Part shown: positions 1-12,976 of the stretch, in pieces
Layout of the letters: the number at the start of each line of letters is the position of its first letter
How positions within the stretch are numbered: the stretch's first letter is position 1
Source: Spirochaetia bacterium
Lineage (GTDB): Bacteria > Spirochaetota > Spirochaetia > SZUA-6 > Bin103
Reading direction: 5' to 3'
DNA: 64,000 nt
Assembly (NCBI GenBank): GCA_965203905.1
Contig: CBDBDQ010000005.1
Coordinates: forward strand, 1,248,001-1,312,000
Position numbers and translations under genes: made by a program
Notes under the pieces: generated by a model
What the model saw: only the letters and a program-made list of their open reading frames with translations
Database searches by the model: none
What the model was told of the DNA's origin: nothing

Positions 1-231
1 GCACTCCTGAGCCGGGCGCGGCTTCGTGCGCTGAGGCGGACGGCCGCCGGCAGTTCGGGCGATACTTCATGCTACAAGAGCCCTCCATTGCTCGTAATGA
101 ACAACGGCACGCGATTCGTGGCGCTTTGCAGGAAGGAGGCGAGGCGTGAGCGAAGGCCGGCAGGAGCCTGGCGAGAGCCGCCGGCCGGTCACCGGCAACG
201 AAGGTGGAGTGGAACCTCACCGACATCACGC

Positions 232-385
232 TCGATCGCCGTGGAAGAGGCGAGCAGCCGCGGCCGCCTGGACATGGCGGTGCGCACCGGCGGGCACGTC
301 TACCTGTTCGAGTTCAAGGTGGTGGAGTTGGCGCCGCCGGGAGCGGCGCTGGCGCAACTCCAGGAGCGCCGCTACGCCGAGCAGC
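232..385 (+). pseudogene. Fragment of a PD-(D/E)XK nuclease domain (PDDEXK_9-like C-terminus)
   Basis: Translation IAVEEASSRGRLDMAVRTGGHVYLFEFKVVE...AALAQLQERRYAE has the GRxD...EFK...ALxQ motif; no intact N- or C-terminus. Confidence 0.65.
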
Positions 386-660
386 TACTGGCACACTGCT
401 GTCGCACGTGGACCCGCACCTGACGCTGGGGCAACTGGTGGCGCGGCTGGTGCAGGACGGCCTGCAGCGCTCCGACCCGGGGCGGCCGCCGCGCGGGCGC
501 AGAGGTGGACGCCGGGAGGCAAGCGCGGACCAGGCGCGGGAGCCCAAGCCGCAGGAATGGCCGGCGGGCGGGGCGACTTCGCTGGCGAAGCGGGATGCGC
601 AAGGGCAACCCCGAGTGCCGCCGCCGCCGGAGGGCACGAGCGCCGGTGGCGGCACCCCGC

Positions 661-832
661 TTGGCCGGGGCGTGGTTCTTGGTTGGGGCGTGGTTCTTGG
701 TCGGGGCGTGGTTCTTGGTTGGGGCGTGGTTCTTGGTCGGGGCGTGGTTCTTGGCCGGGGCGTGGTTCTTGGCCGGGGCGTGGTTCTTGGTCGGGGCGTG
801 GTTCTTGGTTGGGGCGTGGTTCTTGGCCGGGG
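661..832. repeat. 18-bp tandem repeat (VNTR), 9 full units plus a partial unit of TTGGYYGGGGCGTGGTTC
   Basis: Read directly; units differ only at positions 5-6 (CC/TC/TT); ends 3 bp before the stop codon of the 836-2314 gene. Confidence 0.97.
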
Positions 833-835
833 TGG

Positions 836-2314
836 TCATTCGAAGGTTAGGCGGAAGGGGACGTATAGGGTGCCGCCGGGGGATTCGATGACGATTGAGG
901 TGCGGATCCAGTAACCGGAGGAGCAGAGGGCGAAGGTGCCGGGCACCAGGTTCATGGTCCAGTTGGTTCGGTAGAACTGGGCCGAGCCGGCGAGGAAGCG
1001 TCCCAGGGCATCGTAGTAGGAGACCAGTTGCCGTGGGTCGTAGGTTTGGCTCAAGGTGCCACCGGTTGCCGCGGCCAGCTCGAACAGCGCGGCGATATCC
1101 GCCTCGTTGGACAGGGCGACCGGGTGGATCTCGACACCGTTCGCCGTAGCGAAGTCGATGACCTGCTGCTGGGTGGCGGTGCTGCCGTCATCGCTGCCGT
1201 CGGTGAAGACGACAACGGCTCGCTGCGCATTGCGGGCACTCTTGCGGGCAAGCTCGACCGCGACCTCGAGGGCGTCAAGGAGGGGCCTGGTGCCGCCTTC
1301 CAGGCTGGCCAGGGAGCGCAGGTAGCTGGCGAACTGATCCGGATTCGTGGTGAAGTCGTTGCCGTCCGTGTCGCGGTAGTTGGTGACGGGGGAGAACGGG
1401 AGTCTGCCGTCGGCGGCGAATGCGAGCAGCGCGACTTCGTCGCCGGAGGAGAGATTGTCCATGAACGCGGCCGCGGCGCCGAGCCGGGCATCGTTCGGAT
1501 CGCTGGTCGACACCGTGCTGCTCTGATCCAGCAACAGCGCGGCGGAATAGGGCTGGGCCGAACCTGGGCCGATCAATTCAGTGCTGGTCGGGGTAAACAC
1601 GTGGCGCTCACCGGCGGGGTATGCCAGCTCGAACTCTTCGATTGCGAAATCGGCAGCACTCAGGCCGGCATAGAGCTGCGAATCGGGACCGACGGCAAGG
1701 AGATCGACCGTGAACTCCGCCGTGGGGCTGGAACAGCTCGTCAGCTCGGCGCTGAGCAATCCCGCGGACGCTTGCGCGGTGGCGGTGTCGCAGGCGTCGC
1801 CCTGGCCGTCGCCGTCGCTGTCGAGCTGGGCGGGGTTGGCGGCGTTCCGACAGTTGTCACGGGCATCGGCGATGCCGTCGCCGTCGCTGTCATCGAAGGC
1901 GTCGCAGGCATCGCCGTGGCCGTCACCGTCGCGGTCGCCCTGATCGGGATTGGGGATGGTCACACAATTGTCGTCGGCGTCGGCAACACCGTCGCCGTCG
2001 CGGTCGGTGAGCGCGTCGCAGGCGTCGCCCTGGCCGTCGCCGTCGCTGTCGCGTTGATCGGGATTCTTGACGGCGGGGCAATTGTCGAATTCATCGGCGA
2101 CGCCGTCGCCGTCACTGTCGTTGCGGAAGTCGCAGGCATCGCCCTGGCCGTCGCCGTCGGTATCGACCTGATCGGGATTCTTGACGACCAGGCAGTTGTC
2201 ATCCTTGTCGTCGACGCCGTCGTGGTCGAGGTCGCGCGGCTCCTCGCAGGCCACGAGAGTCAATACCAGAATGACAACGAACAGGAGCCCGGCTAATCGT
2301 AGTTTCATGTGCAA
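836..2314 (-). CDS. Lipoprotein with thrombospondin type-3 Ca-binding repeats and a C-terminal vWA domain
   Basis: Lipobox LVA-C after a hydrophobic signal; repeated DxDGDGxGDACD and DNC...NPDQ units; vWA motifs [23 protein letters not shown]. Confidence 0.9.
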   Translation of the reverse strand: MHMKLRLAGLLFVVILVLTLVACEEPRDLDHDGVDDKDDNCLVVKNPDQVDTDGDGQGDACDFRNDSDGDGVADEFDNCPAVKNPDQRDSDGDGQGDACDALTDRDGDGVADADDNCVTIPNPDQGDRDGDGHGDACDAFDDSDGDGIADARDNCRNAANPAQLDSDGDGQGDACDTATAQASAGLLSAELTSCSSPTAEFTVDLLAVGPDSQLYAGLSAADFAIEEFELAYPAGERHVFTPTSTELIGPGSAQPYSAALLLDQSSTVSTSDPNDARLGAAAAFMDNLSSGDEVALLAFAADGRLPFSPVTNYRDTDGNDFTTNPDQFASYLRSLASLEGGTRPLLDALEVAVELARKSARNAQRAVVVFTDGSDDGSTATQQQVIDFATANGVEIHPVALSNEADIAALFELAAATGGTLSQTYDPRQLVSYYDALGRFLAGSAQFYRTNWTMNLVPGTFALCSSGYWIRTSIVIESPGGTLYVPFRLTFE

Positions 2315-2384
2315 TCGGTGAATCGGTAGTGGTTCACAAAACAGTATCGGCGCTCCGCTGGAGCGTCAACGGTCCGCTGGAGCG

Positions 2385-4655
2385 TCAACGGTGCGGCGCG
2401 GCCTCGGCGGCCTCGGCGGCCTCGGCGTCCTCGGCGGCCTCCGCGGCCTCGGCGTCGAGGCGCAGGGCGCGCTCCAGGTGCTCCGCCGCCGCCTCGGGGC
2501 GGCCCAGCTCCTGCGCCGCGCGGCCCATGAGGCGCTGCAGGCGGGCGGCATACGGCGCGTCGGGCTGCAGGGCATACGCGTGCGCCAGCGCCGCCAGTGC
2601 CTCCTCGTAGCGCTGCAGTTGGAACAGCACCACGCCCACGCCGGCATGGGCGGGCGCGTGGGCGGGGTCGACTTCCACTGCCGCGCGGTACGCGGCGAGC
2701 GCCTCCGGGTAGCGTTGCTGGCGCATGCGGGTTTCGGCGACCTGGTACCACCTGCCGCTCTCCGTGACCTGCAGGATGTACACGTCGTCCTCGACCCACA
2801 GGCCGGAATCCGCGGGCAGCGGCGCAAACGCGTGCATGTTGAGCTCCGGCCGCTGCGTCGGGTAGTAGAACACGTCCGGTTGGGCGGCCACCGTGTAGTG
2901 CGCCCCGGCCCATTCCCAGTACTCGTCGATCGATCCCCCGAAGATGACGATCCAGTCGGGAACGTGCTGCCCGAAGTAGAGCGGCGCGCCGAGCGCCTCC
3001 ACCGTGGCGCGCGGCAGTGGGGAGTCCTGGTTCAGCCCGCAGCAGAACAGCACCCGGTGACCGGCGGCGAAGGTGAGCGCCTCGCGGTCGGCGAACACCG
3101 GCACGTACACCAGGTCGTCCTGCTCGGCGTGCTCCAGCAGGTAGTCGGACACCACCCGGATCGAGTCGCGGTAGGGCCGGTGGATCTCGGCGACGAACTG
3201 CAACAGGTGCAGCCCGAGCGTCGGCTTGCCGCTGAAGTAGTTGGTGACGTTGAACGGCCATGCCCCGGCGCTGGAGAACAGCAGCACGGCGATCGCCGCG
3301 GCGCCCGCCGGCCTCGACCGGCGCCAGGCCCACTCGGCGAACAGCCCCTTCATGACCAGCAGCAGCGGCAGCGCCCCCATGTAGTAGCGCAGGTCGGCGG
3401 TCGGGTTCATCCACACCGGTTGCACCGACAGCGCCGCCGAGCACAGCGCGAACAACGCGCCCATCAGCACGATCGCCCCCGCCGCGGCCAGCGGCAGCGC
3501 CTCCCCGGACGCGTGTTCCGGCGCCGTGACCTGCGCGGCGCCCGGTTCGCGCGCCGACCGTGCCGGTGCGTCCGCCTGCCGCAGCCGCCGGTCGCGGCGC
3601 CGCCGGAGCCACGGCAGCGCCAGCATCCCCGCGAACCAGAGCGCGACCGGCCACGAGATCCAGTCCGCGGTGAACAGCTCGCGCAGGTAGATGCCGACGC
3701 GCAGCAGCATGAGCGGCGTCGCTCCCTGGTACTCGCCAATGCCGGGAACTCCCGTGAACGCCAGATACCCGCTGCGCTCCCCGCCGAGCACCCCCAGCCA
3801 GGCGAGATACGCGGTGCCCACCGCCACCACCACGAGCCCGCTGCCGGCCAGCGCCCACCACTGCCGCGGCGCCGTGACGCGGGCGCGGAACAGCAGGTGC
3901 CAGGCGGCCAGCGCCAGCATGGTCGCGGCACCGCCCACGTAGTGGTTGAAGAACGCCAGTACCGCCACCAGCGTCAACGCGCCCAGGTACCCGGCCTTGC
4001 CACTGCGCCACCAGCGCTCGTACAGGTAGAACGCGGCGATCAGCGCGAACGCCAGGAACGCGAAGTAGCGCGACTGGCGAAAGAACAGCAGCAGTTGCGG
4101 CGACCAGGCCGCATAGAGCAGGCACCAGAGGACCAGTCGCGGATGGTCCGGCAGGTGCTGCCGCAGCAGCAGGTAAAGCAGCCCGAGGGTGGCGATCCCG
4201 AGCAGCGCCGGGATGCTGCGCGCGCCGGTCTCGTTGACCCCGAACAGGGCCATGCCCGCCGCGTTGAGCACGTAGGTCAACGGCGGCAGCACGTCGCGCA
4301 ACTCGTGGTTGAGGGTGCGCCCGTTGGTGCCGCCGACCAGGTTGCGGCCGTCCCAGCCGGAGATGTCGCCGCGCTGCAGCAGGTTGCGGCCGATCAGCGC
4401 CGCCGGCGCCTCGTCGTGCCACAGCGCCGCGTAGTCCAGGTTCACCAGGCACAGGTAGGCGGCAACGGCCAGCACGCCCAGCGCAAGTGCCGCGTACGGT
4501 GCCGCGCGCACCCGGCCGAGCAGGCCGGTGCCAAGCGGCGGCCCAGCGGCCTCCATGCGAGGCGCGCCGCCCGCGCCGGGGGCGGCCTGCGTGCGCCTCT
4601 TGTCGGTCATGGGTACCGCTCCGCCGGGGTAGTGTTCCCGGCGGAGCGGCTGCAT
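2385..4655 (-). CDS. Integral-membrane GT-C glycosyltransferase (ArnT/PMT-like) with C-terminal TPRs
   Basis: LWHDEA first-loop motif, GVNETGAR, RQSRYFA, many TM helices, TPR helices at the C-terminus, EAA tail repeats; the true start may be the downstream ATG at 4610. Confidence 0.8.
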   Translation of the reverse strand: MQPLRREHYPGGAVPMTDKRRTQAAPGAGGAPRMEAAGPPLGTGLLGRVRAAPYAALALGVLAVAAYLCLVNLDYAALWHDEAPAALIGRNLLQRGDISGWDGRNLVGGTNGRTLNHELRDVLPPLTYVLNAAGMALFGVNETGARSIPALLGIATLGLLYLLLRQHLPDHPRLVLWCLLYAAWSPQLLLFFRQSRYFAFLAFALIAAFYLYERWWRSGKAGYLGALTLVAVLAFFNHYVGGAATMLALAAWHLLFRARVTAPRQWWALAGSGLVVVAVGTAYLAWLGVLGGERSGYLAFTGVPGIGEYQGATPLMLLRVGIYLRELFTADWISWPVALWFAGMLALPWLRRRRDRRLRQADAPARSAREPGAAQVTAPEHASGEALPLAAAGAIVLMGALFALCSAALSVQPVWMNPTADLRYYMGALPLLLVMKGLFAEWAWRRSRPAGAAAIAVLLFSSAGAWPFNVTNYFSGKPTLGLHLLQFVAEIHRPYRDSIRVVSDYLLEHAEQDDLVYVPVFADREALTFAAGHRVLFCCGLNQDSPLPRATVEALGAPLYFGQHVPDWIVIFGGSIDEYWEWAGAHYTVAAQPDVFYYPTQRPELNMHAFAPLPADSGLWVEDDVYILQVTESGRWYQVAETRMRQQRYPEALAAYRAAVEVDPAHAPAHAGVGVVLFQLQRYEEALAALAHAYALQPDAPYAARLQRLMGRAAQELGRPEAAAEHLERALRLDAEAAEAAEDAEAAEAAEAAPHR

Positions 4656-4662
4656 TGATTGC

Positions 4663-7600
4663 TTACTGGAGCAGTCTCAGTTGCACCGTGAGGAACTGCT
4701 CGGCGTCGCCGCCGGCCACTTCCTCGTGGGTGCCCTCGGCGCTCAGCTCGAAGCCGTGGTCCAGCTCCAGGCGGGCGCCGAGGTGGTAGACCGTGGGCAC
4801 GTTGTCGGAGAACTTGGCCGCGCCGTAAGGCGTGAGCATGCCGTTCTCGAATACCGCCAGGCCGTAGCCGATCTCGGCGTTCAGGCCGGCGGCACCGATG
4901 ATCCCCGTGCCGCTCCAGGACGGAACGAGGCTGACCTGCGGTCCCACGCCGGTGCCCAGCGGCCGCCAGCGGACCACACCGCTCACGCTCCAGTTGCGGA
5001 GCGCCGGCGCCTCATCCGCGTCGTCGGCCTCTTCCTCCGGCAGGTTGGCCAGGGAGGCCTGACCGCGCGCCTCGACCATCAGGCCGGCCGCCGCGGCATC
5101 GAAGCGCACCGCACCGGCGAGGTCGAGACCGACCCCGGTCTCCGCATCGCCGCCGTCGAAGCGCACGCCGGCCTCCAGCACCGGCGCCAGGCTCACGCCC
5201 TCACCCAACAGGAAGGCGAAGGAGTTTTCCAGCCCCAGGCGCAGGCGGGAGCTGCCGGCTTCCACCGCCGGCATGTCGTCCGTTTCCGCGGACCCCATCT
5301 GCACCACGTTGCCGTCGGCCTGGATCGCCAGGATCCAGGTTTCCGCCAGGCTCAGATCCACCCGCACGTCCGCCGCCGCCATGATCGGCATGCCCATACC
5401 GAGCTCCACGGTCTCGCCACCGGCCTGCTCGATGCGCAGGTCGCCGGTACCGAAGCCGATGCTGCCTCCGATGTGGAACATGTCGTCCACGGTCACGCGC
5501 ACGTAGGGGTGCAGGCTGAACAGGTTGCTCCCGATGTCGCCTTCCGCCGAGCCGGAGCCCAGGCCGCTGAAGGTTCCCGAACCGCCATGGTACGCCAGGG
5601 CAAGGCCCAGCACGTGGTTGGCGCCCTCGTGGTCGACACCGAGGATGGCGGACATCACGCCGCCGTCCATCTCGTAGCTGCCGCGAGGCGTCATCTCGAA
5701 CTGGCCGTAGCCGCCGGCGCCCCAGACGTTCAGGTAGCCCTCGGCGAAGCTGCGCTCCAGGTCGAAGCCGGTGCCGTTGGCCAGCTCCTCGAGAGTCAGC
5801 GCGGTTGCCACGCTCTCCTCCCAGGGCTCGACCACCGGTGCGAGCTGCACCGCCGCCGGCGCCGGTCCCAGCGACACCTGCCGCCCGGCCATCATCAGCG
5901 ACGAGTCGCCGACCGCCGCCGCATCGTTCATGCGCCGGGCGATGGCGTCCAGGGTGGCGTTCGCGGCCCCGCGGCCGAAGCGCGCCATCCAGTCCTTGGC
6001 CACCTGCGGCAGCGGATCGTCGTCCGTGATCGTGCCGGTCGCCTTGCCCTTGCCCGCGGCAATGGTCGCGTTGCTCGGGTTGCGCAGCTCGATCTCTACC
6101 GTCTCGTCTTCCTCGTACTCGTTGTCACCCAGCACCAGCACGCGGATGGTCTGCGTGGTCTGATCCGCCGCGAAGGTCAGCGTGCCCTGCCGGACCGCCC
6201 GGTAGTCGGTACCGGACTCCGCCGTGCCCTTGCCGGTGTCCCGGTAGGAAACGGTCGCCACCCGCTCGGTGGGTCCGCTCTTGGTCACCGTGAACAGCAG
6301 CGCGGTGGTAGAGTCCGCATCGCCCTCGGTGACGGTCGAGCCGCTGATCGCGAGCGTCGGCGCGGCGTCGTCGTTGACGATGATGCCGGATGCCAGGCCG
6401 GTCACGATCACGCCGTGGGTCACGTGGCCCAACACGATGTCGACGGTCTCGTTGTCCTCGAACACGGCGTCGCCGTGCACCACGACGCTGATGGTCATCA
6501 CGTCCTCGTCGGGCGCGAAGGTCAGCATCCCCGGCACGATCTCCTCGTAGTCGGTGCCGGAGGTCGCCGTGCCGGTGCCGGCATCCGCGTACCCGACCGT
6601 CGTCGCCACCTCGCTGGGGAGTCCGGTCTTGGTCACCGTGAACACCAGCTCGACGGTACTGCCCGCGTCGCCCTCGACGACGCCAGTCCCGCTGATCGCG
6701 AGCGCCGGCGCCGCTTCGTCGTTGACGATGGTGCCGGAAGCGGTGCCCGTCGCTATGGTGCCGTGCACCACGTTGCTGAGCACGATGTCCACGGTCTCGT
6801 CATCTTCGTAGATGGTATCGCCGAGCACCGTGATGGTGATCATCTGCTCGAACTCGTCGGCCGCGAAGGTCAGCGTACCCGCCACCACCGCCTCGTAGTC
6901 GGTGCCGGAGGTCGCCGTGCCGCTGCCGGCGTCGGAGAAGTCCACCGTCGTCGCCACCTGGCTCACGGAACCGGTCTTGGTCACCGTGAACACCAGCTCC
7001 GCGGTAGTCCCGTCCGCTCCCTCGGCGACGCGGGCGCCGACGATGGAGAGTTCCGGCGCCGCGTCGTCGTTGGCGATGATGCCGGACGCCATTGCCGTCT
7101 CTATCGTTCCGTGCGTCGCGTTGCTGAGCACGATGTCGACGGTTTCGTCTTCCTCGTAGATGGCGTCACCCAGCACCTTGACGCTGATGTTCTTCTCGGT
7201 CTCACCGGCCGCGAAGGTCAGCGTGCCCGGTACCAGCGCCTCGTAGTCGGTGCCCGACTCCGCCGTGCCGCTAAGCGCATCCGCGTAGTCGACCGTCGTC
7301 GCCACCTGACTCACCGAACCGGTCTTGGTCACGGTGAACACCAGCTCCGACATGGTCCCGTCCGCGCCCTCGTCAATGCTCATGCCGCTGATCGACAGCA
7401 CCGGTTGCGCGTCGTCGTTGAGGATGGTGCCGGAACCGGTCTCCGTCACCAGCGTTGCGTGGTCCGGGTTGCTCAGCCTGATGTCGACGGTCTCGTCTTC
7501 CTCGTAGATGGCGTCGCCGTACACCATGACGGTGATGGTCTGCGAATCCTCGCCCGGGCGAAGGTCAGCATGCCGGGCATGACCGGCTCGTAGTCGGTGC

Positions 7601-10600
7601 CGGAATCCGCCGTGCCGGTGCCGGCATCCACGTACTCGACCGTCGTCGCCACCTCGGTTTCGGCGCCGCTCTTGGTCACGGTGAACACCAGCTCCGACAT
7701 GGTGCCGTCCTCGCCCTCGGTCACGCTGGTCCCGCCGATCGACAGCACCGGCCGGGTATCGTCGTCGACGATGGTGCCGGCAGCGGTACCCACCGCAATC
7801 GTGGCGTGGGTCGCGTTGTTCAGCGAGAGTTCGATGCTCTCGTCAAGCTCGTAGGTAGCGTCTCCGCGCACGATGACGCGGATCTCCTGCGAGGTCTCCC
7901 CCGCGGCGAAGGTCAGCGTACCCGGGGTGACAGCCGTATAGTCGCTGTCCAGGGTAGCCGTGCCTCGAAAGGTGTCCGCGTAGTCGACCGTCGCCACCTC
8001 GCTGGTGGCTCCGCTCTTGGTCACCGTGAACAGCAGCACCGAGTTGGTGCCCGCATCGCCCTCGGCGACGCGCCCGCCGTCGATCGAGAATTCCGGTGCC
8101 GGATCGTCGTTGGTGATGGTGCCGGCGGCCATGGCCGTGGCCAGCTCCCCGTTGATCAGGTTGTCGTTGTCCAGCAGCTCGACGTAGATGGTCTCGTCGA
8201 CCTCGTAGGTGTTGTCGTCCCACACCGTGACCGTGATGGACTTCGCGGTCTCACCGGCGGCGAAGGTCAGGGTCCCCGCCACGAGCGGGGCGTAGTCCAT
8301 CCCCGAGTCCGCGCTGCCGCTAAGGTTATCCCTGTACTCGACCTCCGTCGCCACGGCGCTCTCGGGTCCGCTCTTCGTCACCGTGAACACCAGCTCCGAC
8401 ATGGTCCCGTCCGCGCCCTCGGCAACGTCCGACCCGCTGATGGACAGCACTGGTGCCGCGTCGTTGTCGGTCAGTGCGACCGTGGTGCCGAATACCGCTA
8501 CCCCCGGCAACGTCGCCGCTACCGTGATGCTCTCTTCACCCTCGTACACGAGGTCTTCCCGCGGCTGCAGCGTGAAGGTCGCCGAGGCGCCGGCAGCGCC
8601 GGCGGGGATGGTAATCGTGAAGTCGGCGACGGCAACGTAGTCGGTTCTCGCGGTAGCGCTGTCGCCTCCGGCGCCTACTTGGACGGTGAGCGTCTGCGCA
8701 GTGCCGAAGCGCGTTCCGACCGGGGTCGCCGTCACCGTTATCTGCCGCGCGTTGTCACCCTCGCTCACGCTCGGAACGTCCGTGGTAAGCGTGATTCCCG
8801 CCGGCGCCGCGTCGTCGTCGGTTACGATCACCGCGACCGTCTCCACGGTGCTGTGGCCGGAACCGCTGGGCGTGTGGGAAATGGTCGCCGAGCGCGCGTC
8901 GCCCGGGTTGTCCACGTCGTCATCGACGCCGGTCACGGTAACGCTCTGCGGCGTCGACCAGTTGGTGGACGTGAAGACCAGCTCTTCCGGACTCACCGTG
9001 GCGGCAAACGGATCGCTGCTGGCCAGCGCAACGGTCACGTTGCCGGTGGGTTCGGCCCTCAACGCCAGGGTATAGGAAGCCGTGCCCCCTGCCTCGCCGA
9101 CGGTTACGTCCGCCTGAGACGCCTGCAGGCCCTCGTCGTCCGTTACCGTCACACTCACGCTGACGGGCTCGGTACTGTCGTAGCCGCCACCGCTGGGCGT
9201 GTTCGTGATGCTCGTCGAGCGGCTGCCGCCGGAGTTATCCACGCGGTCGTTCACGCCGTTCACGGTCACGGTCTGCACCGCCGCGTAGTTGGCGGGCGTA
9301 AAGGTCAACTCGGCCGGGCTCACCGTGGCCACGCCGGAATCGCCGCTCTCCAACTCGACGGTCACGTTGCCATTGGGCCTGCCGTCCAGCTTCACTGTGT
9401 ACGTGCCGGTGCCGGTCTCGGAGACCGTTACCGCCTGCGAGGACAGCGCCAGCGTGGCGTCATCCTCCATCACCGTAACGTCCACCGTTGCCGTGTAATC
9501 GTAGTTGTGCTCCCCGCCGTCGGAGGAATGGTTGATCGTTGCCTTGCGGTCGCCGGTGACCACTTCGTCGTCGGTGCCGGTAACGGTGATCTGCTGCGGA
9601 CTGTCCCAGTCTGTCGTCGTGAACGTCAGCGAAGCAGAAGAGACCGTAGCCGCGGGACTCCCGCTTGAGATCGCTACGGTCACGTCGCCCTCGGGCGCGG
9701 CGTTCAACTCGACCGTGTAGGTAGCGGTGGCGCCCTCGACCACCGTCAGCTCTGTCGGCGTTAGCCTCAGCCCCGGCGAGGTGTCTTCCTGCACCGTGAC
9801 GGTGACACGCCCGGTCTGACCCGAGCCGTAGCCCCCGCCGGAGGGTGCGTTGGTAATCGTGGCGGTACGATCACCCCGGGTCGAATCAAGCACGCCGGTG
9901 ACCAGGACGGTCTGCGACCTGTTCCAACCTGTCATTTCGTGGTCATCGGGCGTGAACCTGAGCATACTCTTGTCCACCTTAGCGGCGTCCAAGTTGCTGC
10001 TGCTGACGGCAACATGCACCGTTCCCGTGGGAACGGTCGCAAGCTTCACGACGTAAGACTGAGTACCGCCGTTCTCGTTGATCGACAGGTCGGTTGGCGC
10101 GATATCCAATGCCGCGGTGTCGTCGTCTCTGACCGTTACCCGCTCGGTCTTCGCCAAGGCAGGTCCGTAGTCACCGTCGCCGCTGGGGGTGAACGTAATG
10201 TCGACGCTACGGCTTGTACCGGGGTTGTCGACGTTATCACTTGCAGCGGTAACGGTAATCGTGTGCACCTCAGTGCCGGATGTGAATGCCAAGCCGGTAT
10301 CCGTCAGCGTGTCGGGCACCGTGGCGATGCTCGGATCCGTGCTTACCACGCGTACGTTCACCGAAGTCTCGGGTGCGGAGTTCAGTTTCACTTCGTACTG
10401 GACCGTGCCGCCCTCGGTGACCGCTTCAGGTCCTACGGGCGTAACCAGCAATCGTGCGACGTCGTCGTCAATCACCGTGACCGTCATGTTGGCACCGATG
10501 ATATCGGTTGCCGTGTGGCTGATGCGTGCCGATCGGTTGCCACCGTTGTCGACTTCGTCCGCCACCGGAGTAATGGTGATTGTCTTTCCTTGGGTATAGT

Positions 10601-12662
10601 CACCGCTGTTGAAACTGAGCGACGCAGATGAACCTGGGCTACCGCCTTCGTCGGCTACTTCGACTGCGCTACCGGATACGGCGACGCTTACGTTAACGGA
10701 CGTTCCCGGATCCTCCCGCAGCCTAACCGTGTACGGTATTCCCTGCGACGCGGACTCCCTTAGACTTGCCGAGCTCCGTGAGATCAAAATGCCCGCCGTT
10801 CCGTCGTTGTCGTTGACCGTCACCGCCACGTTCTTCTGCGCGACGCGCTCGTAACCTCCGTCAGTAAACGTATGCTCGATGGTCGCAAGTCGCCGTCCGC
10901 CAGCGTTGTCGATCGTGTCCTCTACGGCGGTAACGGTCACGGTCTGTGCCACGTTCCAATCAGCGGCGGGGAAAGTCACGTTCTGAACGGTAGCTGTACT
11001 GGTATCGGTCGACGTGACGTTTACCGTCACGGTGGCGGTGGGTTCGGAGGTCAGCACGACCGTATAGGTCGCCGTTGTGCCCTCGACGATCGTCAGACGA
11101 GATTCGGAGAGTACTGCGCCAGCGACGTCGTTGTCGTTCACCGTCACCGCGACAGATTCGATGGTGTCATCACCTGCGGTGGTGTATCTGCCACCACTTG
11201 CCGTGTTCGTGATTTGCACCACCCGATTGGGGCCGTCATCGTCTATGTCGTCATCCTGAGCGGTAACGGTGACCGTCTGCGCCTTACTCCAGTCCGAGGC
11301 GGTGAACGTGAGCGTTGCCGGAGACACGTCAGCTACGGCGTCCCCCCCGTCACTCGCCACGTTCACGGTCACCGGATTATTGGATCGCAACGCCACCGTG
11401 TAGGTTGCGGTATTGCCCTCGTCGACCAGCGTGAGCGCCTTGGTAGAAAGCGCCAGCCCGGCGGTGTCGTCGTCCCTTAACCCCACCATCACGTCCAGCC
11501 CATCAGTTGTGACGTAGCCTCCGCCAGAAGGCCGGTGGGTTATTGTCGTCGTTCTTGCGTCGGTGGGGTCGTTGTCCACGTCATCATTGAAACCGGTGAC
11601 TGTAACGGTCTGTACCGTGTCCCAGTTGGCCGTGGTGAACGTCAGGAACTGGGGGCTGATCCTGACGTGGTTGGGTATATTCCTATTCAATTCCACGGTG
11701 ACAGTACTACCGGCGGGTTCGGGTTCGGACATCAACTTCACCGTGTAGGTCGTCTGTTGGCCTTCAGTGACAACCGGGTCTGTGGGAGAAACGACGAGTC
11801 CCTTGGTTTCATCATGTGGGGTTGCAGTTTGCCCTGCGTCTGCCACATTCACCGTCACCATACCAGCCTCGTCGGTCCCGTAGCCGCCACCGGTCGGCAA
11901 GTGGTTGATGGTCACCGATCGGGCAGGGTCATTGTCTACTTTATCGTCCACGCCGGTTACGGTAACCGTCTGCACGTCCATCCACTTCGCCGGGGAGAAC
12001 GTCAACACTGCAGGACTCACCGTGGCGGCGCTGGTATCGCTACTGACTACGTCCACGATCACGTCATCCGTGGGCTTACTAGCCAGCCTCACGAAGTAGG
12101 ACTCCTTCTGGTCCGGACCTCCCTCGTTGACCCCGACCGCATCGGAATCGGACAGCACCGTGGGTGGGTCCATTTGGTCAGAATAAAATAGCAGACCTGC
12201 TACGTCATTGTTGTAGAGGGTCACCTCTACGGACTTGGCAGCGCTGAAACCGCCACCGCTGGGCGTGTTGGTGATATCCACCACGCGCTCGTCACCGGCG
12301 TTGTCCACTTCGTCGTCTACGCCGGCAACGGTAACCTCCTGATCCATGTACCAGTCGGCGGCCGTGAACGTCAGCGTATCAGGACTCACGGTAGCGATTG
12401 CTTTGTCAGCGCTCGCCACGGTGACGGTCACGTCGCTGCTCGGCTGTGTGCTCAGCTTTACTTCGTAGGTAGTGGTGTTGCCCGGGGCGACCTCGGTGAC
12501 CGTCAGCGGGGACTCCGAAGGCGTAAACACCAGGACCCGTTGCACCTGCGCGGCGGCCACAGTCGGCAGGGCCAGGAGCAGGGCGGTGGCCAGGAGCGGG
12601 AGGGCGGCTCCCGTCAGTCTTCGTCGCAGCGTTTCCGTAAAGGTGGAGGCAGGTGTGCGCAT
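4663..12662 (-). CDS. Giant Calx-beta/cadherin-like repeat surface protein with C-terminal autotransporter-like beta-barrel; one frameshift near 7555
   Basis: ORFs 7473-12737 and 4663-7527 join if GCC-CG-GGC is read as GCC-CCG-GGC (LTFAPGEDSQTITV). AGGAG RBS precedes ATG 12662, followed by a signal peptide ending AAA-Q. Repeats LTFT..NW..QTVTVTGVDD and Calx-beta GTATSGTDY/LTFAAGET/GTIxNDD; WMARFGR linker then a beta-rich barrel. Confidence 0.85.
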
Positions 12663-12976
12663 CTCACTCCTATTTTCGGCACATTGGGTTGCATTGCTGG
12701 ATAGAAACGTTCGCAGATTGGTGCTAGTCGCGTGCATCGGGGTCCCTCCCTGGCTCCCGACACCGGGGGTGCCGAGTCCTTCCGCTCAAGAGCGTGCTGA
12801 ATGCACACCGATCCTGTCGCGGCGGGTTAACCGCTTCAGGTCGAGTCATGATCCAGCATAATTAGTCGCTGAGGATACCCAGAATGCAGAAAAACTGTCA
12901 ACTGCCTGTTTTGCGCTTTTCAGACGGACAGAATGACATGACTCGGCGCGGCCGAAGCGTCAGCCTCCGGGCAGTT

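Noticed and set aside
661-832. CRISPR array
   Set aside because: The repeats are contiguous with no spacers, and there are no cas genes.
2305-9668. Long opposite-strand or alternate-frame ORFs (e.g. 2391-4658 +, 4681-7593 +, 7806-9668 +; also 50897-52948 + and 54468-56918 +)
   Set aside because: They are high-GC shadows of the real genes, Arg/Gly/His-rich and without motifs.
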